NCBI GenBank assembly: GCA_964016885.1
Contig: OZ024755.1
Span: 18,228,001-18,292,000, forward strand
Reading direction: 5' to 3'
DNA length: 64,000 nucleotides
Source of the DNA: Eledone cirrhosa
Lineage: Eukaryota
The position numbers were made by a program, and so were the translations under genes. The notes under the pieces are model-generated. The model made no database searches and was not told where the DNA came from. It was given only the letters and a program-made list of their open reading frames with translations. Positions within the stretch are counted from its first letter, which is position 1, and every line of letters begins with the position of its first letter. Below are positions 14,338-25,830 of this stretch, in pieces.

Positions 14338-15125
14338 GTATGACAGTTGAAGGACATCTCTGGATATCAGCTGGTTGTTGGATCAAATCAAACCTAAAGA
14401 GATAAGAATAAAAGTCATATATTTTCTGAAAACTCCAGAAAAGTAAAAGACATGTCGATCCCTTTGTGGTTATAATAAGACTGAGAAAGTCATGAATGTC
14501 ACCACTTCAATTAATCTTCGAAAACAGAAAGTAGGTTTTTATATATTAATTTTCATTATATTTTTGTATCAGTTGAGGTTAACTTTGCCTTTTATCCTTA
14601 CGGGGTCGATAAAATAAAGTACCAGTAATGAACTGGGTAATTGCTGGCCTTGTGCCAAAAAGTGGAAACAATTATATTTTTGTATCAGTCTCCTTGACCT
14701 AGTGGTAGGTGTTAGAGACGGTGGTGATACTGGTCTGGGGTTCAATCTTCGCCAGAATCTATATAAAATAAGGGGGTTTTGCCAATTTTTTTCATCTTTT
14801 TTCAATGCAAACGTAAAAAAAAATCTATGGTAAAATGAAAAAAAATTATCTACTTTTTTACATTTTAAAAAGTTGAAAAAAATTAGTAAAACCCCCTTAT
14901 TTTAAGTAGATCCTAGCCAATATCAAAACCGAGACCTGGATCTCCACCGTCTCTCATACCTCCTACTAGGCCACAGAAACAGCTACAAAAATACTATGAA
15001 AATTAATATTGATAAACCTACTTTTTATTTTGGAAGCTTAATTGAAGTGGTATCGTTCATGCTTTTCTTAGTGTTGCTGTTACTAGAAAGGGTCGACCTT
15101 GTTTTTCATAATCCAGATTATTTCA
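14338..15125. repeat. Inverted-repeat module type A, copy 1 (convergent tRNA-like cassettes 14682-14760 + and 14906-14986 -)
   Basis: Arms share gtcgac, catgaa(c/t)g.cacc, aaagtaggttt.ta.atattaatttt and the cassette core in mirror orientation. Confidence 0.85.
14574..14670 (+). mobile_element. 5'-truncated SINE family A with 19-bp target-site duplication
   Basis: attatatttttgtatcagt at 14555-14573 and again at 14671-14689. Confidence 0.85.
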
Positions 15126-15687
15126 TTAAGTGTTATGTTAATACCAGTAACGTCATTACACACTGAATATCTAAGCCCTAAACAATTATTAAAGCCTCAA
15201 TTTCTTATTTTTAAATGATATCACTCCACCTTTGTGTTCTCGGTGAAAATCCTGTCGATATTAATTTACAATTTTAGAGCAGAAAAATAGAGTATCTTAT
15301 GGGTTCAATTTAATCGATCGGCTTCTCCCCGTCAATCACTTGACATTTGCCAAACTAAGACATACAAACTATATATATATATATAAGATCAAAAGATGGT
15401 TAAAAGAGTTCCATGTATTTTATTATGTGCATTTCAAAAACAAATATCATCATGGGATGATATTTGCGTTCTCATCAGATAAAATAGGGAGACATGATAT
15501 GAAGCTTAAAAAACACTTGCGAGCAGTGAAGTGTTAAATTAAGATGCGGTGAAAACAAACAAAAAATATTATTACTAAATAATTATAATTTCTTACGTTC
15601 ATTAATTCTTTTTCTTAATTTTATTGCAAACATAATTTATTTAAAATTTGTCGTATAAAATATTTTTCATTAAAACATTATATATAA

Positions 15688-15719
<32 letters not shown>

Positions 15720-16599
15720 ATATATAAAATTAAGAAAAAGAATTAATGAACGTAAGAAATTATAATTATTTAGTAATAATATTTGTTATTGTTTGTTTTC
15801 ACTGCATTAACTGCTGAGTGCAACTTTTATTTTTCTTACTATTTTCTACTGTAAATGGCGGCTGAGACAATATTGGATTATTACTTAGGTTTACTGGATA
15901 ATGGCGCTTCCTTATTGTATTATTTTACAGACAGTGGACATCGGAACATCCCTCTATATACCTGGGATAAATGTAAGGAGCAGTGTTTTTTTATACATAG
16001 GACAATGATCTCTTATATTTACATTTTCTTCCCCCAATACTGTATTTTGAAGTCCTTTCATTATTTAAAATATGTCTATCGTGTCACTCGTTTGATTTAT
16101 CTCCTCCAAAGTTGTAATTCTAAGTGTTTTTCCTTGGAAAAGTCTATATCTGGAATAGTGTACTAATATTTAAATAATTTAACTCCCCTAAGACTTATCT
16201 CCTCTAAATTTTCAAAAATTACTCATCTTCCTTCACAAGACAGATCCCTAAGTAATTCTAGTATTTTCTGTTTTCTTCTTCTCTGGGTTCCTTCAAGAGC
16301 TTCACCGTTTTCAGGATGTCTGTTGACCATAGCGCAAAACAATATTCTCAGTGGTATCACATATTCATCTAGTGTTTTAGATTTTCCGGTATTTATCTAG
16401 ACAAAAGAAGGTTTTATTATTTCTATTATCCGTCTCGCTGTTTAGCTTCAGCATGGTCAGGCAGCTTTCAATTCATATATATTCACAATTCTTTGGGGAG
16501 GGGTATAATAAGCACCTTTTTTGGTCAACATTCGATACCAAAACATGCTTCCGTTTTCTAACTTCGTTGTACGAATATAAGAGTATATAAGAATGAAAG

Positions 16600-16936
16600 T
16601 ATATATATACAAGCCATGTGTATATATATATATATATATATACAAATATATATATATATATACAAGCCATGTATGTATATATATATATATAGGAACAAGT
16701 AAGACCCCGACGGCTGAGCTCATATATATATATATATACAAGCCATGTATATATATATATATATATACATATATACAAGCCATGTGTATATATATATATA
16801 TATATACATATATATATACATATATACAAGCCATGTATATATATATATATATATACAAGCCATGTATATATATATATATATATATACAAGCCATGTATAT
16901 ATGTGTATATATATATATACACATACAGGCCATCTA

Positions 16937-16994
<58 letters not shown>

Positions 16995-17005
16995 CAAGCC
17001 ATCTA

Positions 17006-17037
<32 letters not shown>

Positions 17038-17054
17038 CACATACAAGCCATCTA

Positions 17055-17097
<43 letters not shown>
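16600..17097. repeat. Minisatellite (TA)n-CAAGCCATG; a second block at 17783-18000
   Basis: acaagccatg/acaagccatc repeated with variable (TA)n spacers. Confidence 0.9.
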
Positions 17098-17276
17098 GTT
17101 ATTCCGGGTTGAATCGGAGGTAACCACAGTAAGTAAGGTACTCAATACATTGCAGAGTATAAAAGTTTTAATATAGATGAGATTCTACAGGACTAGAACT
17201 GTTTCATTCTTTAGAAATCATCAGGATTCCTGATGATTTCTAAAGAATGAAACAGTTCTAGTCCTGTAGAATCTCA

Positions 17277-17283
<7 letters not shown>
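17098..17283. mobile_element. Penelope-like insert with a 56-bp-arm palindrome (17171-17283)
   Basis: …aatcatcagga-t-tcctgatgatt…, with a CTGATGA…GAAA core on both strands. Confidence 0.7.
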
Positions 17284-17310
<27 letters not shown>

Positions 17311-17403
17311 ATGGAAAAATTTGAACAGGGACAAAACAGAGAGGCAGTACAACGAATGTTTATTAATTTCACGCTCTGGAGAGTGGGGTGTACATACAAG
17401 CCA

Positions 17404-17446
<43 letters not shown>

Positions 17447-17998
17447 GAGTATTGAAGTTTGCTTGAAGCATTGTGGAATGATGAGGTAAATTTCTTTAAG
17501 TCGTTTGGAAGCCTCGACAATGCAAATGAGTAAATCTCCGGGTAACAAGATCCGGTGGTGGAGAGAGAGATGTAAGTGGGTGTACGTTGAGAAAGGTGGC
17601 GTGTATAAGACGTGTAGAGGAATGAAGGAAAGGATAAAATAAAAATAACAACACGAGAGAGAGTTACCTTGGGAGAGATTTAATTGTCCCTATATATTTC
17701 GGATTCACATCCATCAACTGGGTTTTTTTTCCGGGGTGGGGGAAAGGTGCGAAACGCGTCCTCCGCTGTTCGTTGTTTTGAATATATATATACAAGCCAT
17801 GTATATATATATATATATATACAAGCCATGTATGTATATATATACAAGCCATGTATGTATATATATACAAGCCATGTATGTATATATATACAAGCCATGT
17901 ATGTATATATATACAAGCCATGTATGTATATATATATACAAGCCATGTATATATATATATATATATATATATACACAAGCCATGTATATATATATATA

Positions 17999-18402
17999 TA
18001 TTAATTCCAAATATTAACAAAATAGATATTCTTCTGATCAATTATATTTTATTATACATATTTCAGAGGTACTGAATTAAGTTTAACAATACGTCCTCAT
18101 CAGATAAAATAAAATGATACACGACATACCCTGACATGGTAGATGGTTAAGATTTAACCATCTACCATGTCAGGGTATGTCATGTATCATTTTATTTTAT
18201 CTGATGAGGACGTATTGTTGAACTTAATTCAGTACCTCTGAAATATGTATAATAAAATATAATTGATAACAAGAATATCTATTTTGTTGATATTTGGAAT
18301 TAATATTAATAACTATGGAAAATATTTTCTTGTAGAGTGCTTCCACTCAATTGTAAAACGCATTCTTTGATGTACTCATTGAATCTTGTTTAACTCTGAA
18401 AT
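17999..18402 (+). mobile_element. Penelope-like fold-back insert with hammerhead 18194-18258 (+) and mirror copy ~18044-18110 (-)
   Basis: attttat-CTGATGA-ggacgta…tacctct-GAAA-tatgta-ta-ataaaat, ~150-bp inverted arms, tail containing gagtgct. Confidence 0.75.
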
Positions 18403-19194
18403 ATAAATATATATATATATATATATTTATAGCTGCTTAACTCGAAACATCTTTTTCTTCAAAATAAGGTAAGATATATCTCGAAAAATATTGTCAGGTG
18501 TCCATTTCAATCAATTTCTCATTTCAGTTTTCTTTCGAAACGTCTTGGCGTTGAAGATATATACATTTGTCCTTCTCATAGTAATTAGCTTGTCTCAAAA
18601 TTGTTCGTATTGTTTCCATGTTTAGTGTCAGAAACTATAGTTAATTCTAGATTTTGCTCTAATGTAATAAATGCTACTTTTAAAAGACTGAATTTTTCAA
18701 TTTTCTTCTTTCTCTTGTATATTGATATCTAAAGGATGACAAATGTATGTGTTATGTGATGGGAGAAAAACACACGACCTTCTTCTCTCGCTCTGGAAGG
18801 CTAAGTGACAAGTATTCGACAACAGTGAACATCACGTGTTTAGTGATGATCACCACTCACTGCTTTTTATATACCGTGTTAACTGGAAAGACTTGCCAAG
18901 TACGGATACACTCTCCCCTTATCAACATTGTCCGAGTCTTAGGATAATTTCTTTCTGGTTAAGGAGTGAGATAATATATTAGGGATCAATCTCTGGCAAT
19001 AATTTAATTAAATTCTATTTAAGCAGAGACTATGTCGTGGTTGTTGGTATATTTTATAGTCGTGATTCCAATGTTTATCAGGGATCGTAGAATTAAATTT
19101 GTTTAATTATTATCAAACAAGAAAGATGTATATATTGTCGTTGTACGTTAAAATCACATATACATTTATATACACACCAAGGATGGAGGGAAGA

Positions 19195-20335
19195 CAGAAT
19201 TGAAAACGATTATTGCTGAGCACAACATTGCAGGATCAAATCTAACACACACGCTCAATCATCAGCTATGACCATTGATAAACGCCACTACAGATCACCA
19301 GGTTGTAGGTTCTAATCAACCGTAGAGAAATTATAAATTATATGAAGGTATATTTTATCAAAGCCCCAGAAGAATAAAAATGAAAGTCAACCATTTTGAA
19401 TTATTAATATCATTGGGAAAGCCATGAACGCCACTACATGAATTTTGGTATTAAATAGAAAGTAGGTTTATCAATATTAATTTTGAGAGTATTATTGTAG
19501 CTTTGTCTGTAGCCTAGTGGTAAGAGTTGAGACAGCGGAGGTGCTGATCAGGGGTTCAATCTCAGCTAAAAGTCACTTAGCAATTTAATTTTTTTAAAAG
19601 ATTTTTCATAAAATAAAACAAAAACGCTGTTCTGGGGAAGATTCGGACTGAGATTGAACCTCAAACCAAGGCGTTCACCATCTCTAATACCTACCAATAG
19701 GCCACCGAGACAGTTATAAAAATAGATGAAAATTAATATTTATAAACCTACTTTTTCAATATTTCATTAAAATAAAATTTTATCTAGTTAGTATAGAACC
19801 TGTTGGAGATTGAACCACAGACCACGACTTCCACAGTCTCTATAACCTACAACTAAGCCACCCGGAAGGTTACGAAATCGTACTGAAAATTAATATTTAT
19901 AAACTTACTTTTTAATTTTTTTTATTATTGAAGAGGTAAACTGAAAGCAATGTGTAGAACCTGACAAAGATCGAATACCAGACCAGGACTCTCACCATCT
20001 CCAATCGCTAACACTAGGCCAACAGGACGGTTACGAAATTATGTTGACAATTAATATTTATAAACCTACTTTCTGTTCGGAAGAAAACAAGATGTAGTGG
20101 CGTTCATCATTTTCTCGGGACGACCTTACATTGATTTCACCAAGGGAATTCAGAAAGTAAAACTAGACTTTATTTCTCATCGCTCTAGGCTTGATTTGAA
20201 CCTACAACGACTCCGTCTGCAATAGTGTCATACGTCGTACCCGTAAATTAGTAAACGTGATTCCTATATATACACACAAGTTAAATTGAACCTACAATGC
20301 TGTGCTTTGCTGTAATGTCCCATATTATATTCAAG
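19195..20335. repeat. Inverted-repeat module type B (one + cassette 19497-19568; three - cassettes ~19645-19717, 19797-19873, 19955-20034); repeated at ~25880-27040, 32645-33790, 39425-40580
   Basis: Mirror-image arms. Each minus cassette is followed on + by aattaatatttataaac(c/t)tacttt. Confidence 0.85.
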
Positions 20336-22059
20336 AAATTTTAATTAATTCTTGTTTTATAAAAGAAAGAAAAGAAACAATTTAATGAAATTAAGAAATT
20401 AATTTTATTCAGTAAAGTTGTTTTTATTCTGTGTATTCATTTCATTAACTGCTGAATAGTTTTTTTGTTTTTGTTTCTTTCTTACCATTGTTTACTGTAA
20501 ATGGCGACTGCGTCGAGATTGGATTATTACCTAGGTTTACTGGATGATGGCGTTTCCTTCTTGTATTATTTTGTTGTCATTGGACATCTGGACATCTACC
20601 TAAATACCTGGGATAAACATAAGGTGTGTCTTTTAAGTAACATTTCATTTTAATATCTGGTGTTCCAATGGATCACCTTTAAAATAAAACCAATAAGCAA
20701 AAGAGGGCGGCTGCATCAAAAGAAACCACACAGATGAGGTACGAATAATCTAAAATTAATTTAAAACAATATCAAGAAAGCTTTTAGAAAGACAAACATT
20801 AAAAAAAGATTTCCAACAAACACGTAAAGACAAAGACAATCACAGCCACAATTTATCTGAAGATCAACATTTTTCACGATATAAATACAACTAAATATTT
20901 AAAGTTAAGTGATTAGATTTATTTGCTTCTAACTTTATTTTACTAATCTGTATTCTGTAGACATATATTTTCGTTGGTGTACATTACGATTTTGTTGATG
21001 AAAGGTTTCACTCGTCTTTAGATGATTATTTCTTATAAAAGTTATAATTCTCACCTCTTCCCATTAGATCTATATTTTGCTTCTCTAATACTGTATTAAA
21101 ATTTATATTTTCATGTCCATATTATTATGTATTACGGTTGTCATATAATATTTACAATACAGTCTATAGAAAGGGAAGTGGGGTGTGGGTTGTAATTAAC
21201 CACTGCTCTCCCAACCCACTATTTAGATTACCCCAGGGTTTCCCAACATTGGCGATTTCATATATACATAAACATGTATATATATTTACAAATATATACC
21301 TACAAATATATATTAACAAATACATATATATATATATACATATACTCACATCTAAGTGAATACATATATATTAAAAACACATACCAAATACCAGCATAAT
21401 AACGATTGACTAACCATCAGGGCACATGTTTGCTCGTGTGAACATTTTCACAGGGACACTTACGAAAACCGAACTTACAATCACACTTACATATACACAT
21501 CATATTTACTTACACACACATATAGAACAGGTATGACTTACATAGATACATCAAAGTTTATGTTCCGCTACAGCACTATTCGAGGATGATAAAACGAAGT
21601 ACCAGTGTAGTACTGAGGTCGATTCTTCTGCTATATCTCTTTCTTAATTCCTTTTTCTCACTCTTTGTACTTCTCTGGAAAAGATAACCTGTGTTAAGAT
21701 CTACGGTAGAGATGGGATCTATCAGCTTTTACAAGATGCCCTAGACACCCCGAATATCAACGTGGGGCCTCTAGGACACTCTCACAAGTTATGGGACCTT
21801 ATATACATGTATAGCAACATCGGACAGATCCTTTATTTAGATCGCTTTTACTCGATGATGAAAGATATGTTTTCAGTGAGTCAGAAAGGAATATTTGCGA
21901 TATGAAGAGAGAACCTCTTTGAATAAATATTTGATAGTTCAGATGCTACGTAAAGCAGGCAGTGGCAACATTGAACTAGAGATGCCATGTGGAAATAGAC
22001 ATCGACATATATATATACACATAGGGGGACCTTATAATCATAGATTCTTGGGCTTATGA

Positions 22060-22092
<33 letters not shown>

Positions 22093-22577
22093 CATACGGA
22101 GGCACAGGTGTACGGAGTCCTCAAGTTACCACTAAGGATTCCGCCCGATGTCCCGTCACACATCACCACATCTTCCAGTAAATGTTGATTAGTAAACAAA
22201 CCGAGTATCTCACATGTAAGAGGGAAAGCCTTAGCAAACGGTGACGATAAGAGACGTGTGAATATAGTAATAATAATAGTGTTAAAATTATTAATAGTAG
22301 TAGTTGTAATGATAAAGTGAGGTGTACAAGATTATTATAAATAGTGATATACACACACGATTAAACAGGTATACATACGTACATAAACGTTTATAAATAA
22401 AAGACGAAGCTGAAAAAAAGAACATAGGTTACCATATCACATTTGGAAGGACACACATGACGTTGAGTACTTTAACATGGTCCCATCATCGTTTGCTGAT
22501 ACTAATATTGCACACGACACAAGTTTAAAGAGCTATCTGTTTAGAAACCATCTATTTAGGCCGCCATCTACACACTG

Positions 22578-23510
22578 AGGTATGACAGTTGAAGGAAATC
22601 TCTGGATATCAGCTGGTTGTTGCATCAAATCAAACTTAAAGAGATAAGAATAAAAGGGATAATATATTTTCTAAAAATTCCAGAAACGTGAAAGACATGT
22701 CGATCCCTTTGAGGTAATAATTGTTTCTACTTTTGGCACAAGGCCAGCAATTATTCAGTGTATTACTGGTACTTTATTTTATCGACCCCGTAAGGTGAGA
22801 AAGCCATGAATGTCACCACGTTAATTAATCTTCCAAAATAGAAAGTAGATTCATAAATATTAATGTTCAATAGACTTTTGTCGCTGTCTCGGTGTCCTAA
22901 TGGTGGGTGTTAGAGACGGCGGTGATACTGGTTTGGAGTTCAATCTTCGCCAGGAGCTACTTAAAATAAGGGGGTTTTACTAATCTTTTGCAGCTTTTTA
23001 AAAATATAAAAAAGTAGGTAAAAATTTGTTTCAATTTCCCATACATTTTTTTACGTTTGCATTGAAAAAAGATTAGCAAAACGCTCTTATTTTATATAGA
23101 TCCTGGCCAAGATCGAAACCCAGACCAGGATCTCCACCGTCTCATACCCCCCCCCCCCACTGGGCTACAGAAACAGCTACAAAAATATATAAAAAATTAA
23201 TATTTATAAACCTACTTTTTATTTTGGAAGCTTAATTAAAGTGGTGGCGTTGATGCCTTTCTTAGTGTTCCTATTACTAGAAAGGATCGACCTTGTCTTT
23301 AATACTTCAGAGTCTTTCATAAAGTAAATATTAATTTTGTTTCTCAACGCCATAGTGTTGATTTGAACCTACAACGACTTTAACTGAAATCATGTTCCCT
23401 AAATCCAGTGTGCGACTTACGAATAAATTGTTAAATATCTCTTCTATATAAGATTAGAACCTACAGTGATAGCTTTTCAGTAATGTCCCGTCACTTCAAC
23501 TAGATTCCGC
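22578..23510. repeat. Inverted-repeat module type A (cassettes 22880-22960 +, ~23098-23180 -); repeated at ~29297-30222 and 36077-37012
   Basis: Same layout as 14338-15125. Confidence 0.85.
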
Positions 23511-23583
23511 TAAGGTTATGTATTTTTTCGTCCGAACAACCTAATGGTCTTGAACCCCATTCGTTACTGGTACAATAAATAAT

Positions 23584-23890
23584 AACTGTTTCTACTTTAG
23601 ACACAAGGCCAGCAATTACCCCAGTGCATTACTGGTACTTTATTTTATCGACCCCGTAAGGATGAAAGGCAAAGTCAAAAGAAATAATAATTGTTTTTAC
23701 TTTAGACACAAGGCCAGCAATAACCCGGTGCATTACTGGTACTTTATTTTATCGACCCCGTAAGGAAGAAAGGCAAAGTCAAAAGAAATAATTGTTTCTA
23801 CTTTAGACACAAGGCCAGCAATAAACCAGTGAATTACTGGTACTTTATTTTATCGACCCCGTAAGGATGAAAGGCAAAGTCAAAAGAAAT
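23584..23890 (-). mobile_element. Tandem trimer of 5'-truncated SINE family A (also ~30298-30602 and 37088-37392)
   Basis: Three ~100-bp copies with the same truncation point (…gcaaagtcaaaagaaataa). Confidence 0.85.
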
Positions 23891-24349
23891 AATAATTTTA
23901 AAAAATTCTATATCCCCAGCTAAATATTGAACTCCTGACGACACCGTATGTTACTTAATACCAATAACCCCATTACACACATATATATTTATAACTCTAA
24001 AACAAATTATTCAAGCCTCAATTTCTAATATTTTAATTTTTGTTCACGGTGTAAATCCTGACGATATTAATTTACAATTTTAGAGCATAACAGTCACGTT
24101 ATGGGTTCAATTTAATCGATCGGTTTCTACGTCAATCACTTGATATTTGCCTAAGACATACAAAGAATATATATATATATATATATATAATGTTTTAATG
24201 AAAAATATTTTATAAGACAAATTTTAAATAAATTATATGTTTGCAATAAAATTAAGAAAAAGAAATTACAATTATTTAGTAATAATATTTTTATTGTTTG
24301 TTTTCACTGCATTAAATTGCTGAGTGTGACTTATTCTTATTACTATTTT

Positions 24350-25830
24350 CTACTGTAAATGGCGGCTGAGACAATAAAGGATTATTACTAAGGTTTGCTG
24401 GATGATGGCGTTTCCTTCTTGTAGAAATCGGAACATCCCTCTATATATCTGGAATAAATTTAAAGAGAATTTTTTTTTTTTTATACCTAGTACAATGGTA
24501 ATCTCATTTATATTTTCGTCACCAATACTGTATTTTGAAGTCCTTTCATTATTTAAAATTTCATCATGTCACTCGTTTGATTTATCTCCTCCAAAGTTGT
24601 AATTCTAAGTGTTTTTCCTTGGTATAGTGTCCGAATGTTGATATGTTCAAGTCTTTATATTTATATGGAATAGTATACTAAAGGTTAAATATTGTTTATA
24701 TTCCTATCACGTCTACCCTTAGATTTATCTCTTCTAAATGTTCAAAGTTTAACATCTTCCTTCACAATAATAATTCTGGTGTTTTCTGTTTTCTTCTTCT
24801 CTGGGTTACTTCAAGAGCTTCACCGTTTTTTCGGATGTCGGTTGACCATGGCCCAGAACAATATTCTCGGTGGTTTCACATATATTCATCTAGTGTTTTA
24901 GATTTTTCGGCATTTATCTAGGCTAACGAATGTTTTATTATTTCTATTATACGCCTCGCTGTTTTGCTTCAACATGGTTAGCCATCTTTCAATTCATATT
25001 CGTACATATTCACCATTTTTCGGGGAGGGGTATGAGAAGCACTTTTTTCCCTGAATATTCAATACCAAAACATGCTTCCGTTTCATAACTTCGTTGTACG
25101 AATATAATAATTAACGTATATATATAATATATATATATATAGCTGCTAATTAACTCGTTTCCGAAACATCTTTTTCTTCAAAATAAGGTAAGACATCACA
25201 ATCCATTTCAATCAATTTCTCATTTCAGTTTTCTTTCGAAACGTCTTGGCGTTGAAGATACATACATTTGTCCTTCTCATAGTAATTAGCTTGTCTCAAA
25301 ATTGTTTCCATGTTTAGTGTCAGAAACTATAGGTAATTCTAGATTTTGCTCTAATGTAATAAATGCTACTTTTAAAAGACTGAATTTCTCAATTTTCTTC
25401 TTTCTCTTGTATATTGATATCTAAAAGATGACAAATTTATGTGATGGGAGAAAAACACACGACTTTCTTCTCTCGCTCTAGAAGGCTAAGTGACAAGTAT
25501 TCGACAACAGTGAACATCACGTGTTTAGTGATGATCACCACTCACTGCCTTTTATATACCGTGTTAACTGGAAAGACTTGCCAAGTACGGATACACTCTC
25601 CCCTTATCAACATTGTCCGAGTCTTAGGATAATTTCTTTCTGGTTAAGGAGTGAGATAATATATTAGGGATCAATCTCTGGCAATAATTTAATTAAATTT
25701 TATTTAAGCAGAGACTATGTCGTGGTTGTTGGTATATTTTATAGTCGTGATTCCAATGTTTATCAGGGATCGTAGAATTAAATTTGTTTAATTATTATCA
25801 AACAAGAAAGATGTATATATTGTCGGTGTA
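24350..25830 (-). pseudogene. Ancient CR1-like RT fossil, uninterrupted unit copy (also ~31070-32600 and 37856-39380)
   Basis: Paralog of 15850-19150, heavily degenerate. Confidence 0.65.

Larger units (their letters stand above)
15850..19150 (-). pseudogene. Ancient CR1-like LINE ORF2 (RT and C-terminus) fossil, interrupted by microsatellite and Penelope-like inserts (16600-18430)
   Basis: Degenerate minus-strand translation in the expected order: LPEID..ISLLNQK, ERRRSC, then ALEGTQRR..ILELLRDLSCEGR (cf. LERVQRRATK..LRDLSYEERL) and EEISLRG. Confidence 0.65.

Noticed and set aside
15848-15935. actgtaaatggcg… block (10 copies) with a loose hairpin; YY1-, SECIS- or pre-miRNA-like
   Set aside because: Pairing is irregular and not kept between variants. 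Position and residual translation fit the eroded CR1 C-terminus.
18460-18475. AG|GTAAG / AG|GTGAGT donor-like sites at paralogous positions (also ~44058 and 50645)
   Set aside because: No frame-preserving exon can be built and the site lies in the CR1 fossil. A spliced non-coding transcript cannot be excluded without RNA data.
18825-18880. CACGTG E-box and minus-strand TATA-like motif retained in all copies
   Set aside because: Falls within the CR1 RT fossil (IITKHVM region); no independent promoter evidence.
18747-18947. ORF MGEKHTTFFSRS… repeated four times
   Set aside because: Identity reflects recent DNA duplication. It is antisense to the CR1 fossil and not preserved in the diverged copies at 44.3 and 51.0 kb.
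22689-22699. TGAAAGACATG (miR-71-like start); ATCACAGCC (miR-2 seed) at ~20839
   Set aside because: Matches are short, the rest of the mature sequence is absent, and there is no precursor hairpin.
23584-23890. Regular ~100-bp repeats suggestive of a CRISPR-like array
   Set aside because: Head-to-tail SINE fragments without unique spacers, in eukaryotic DNA.
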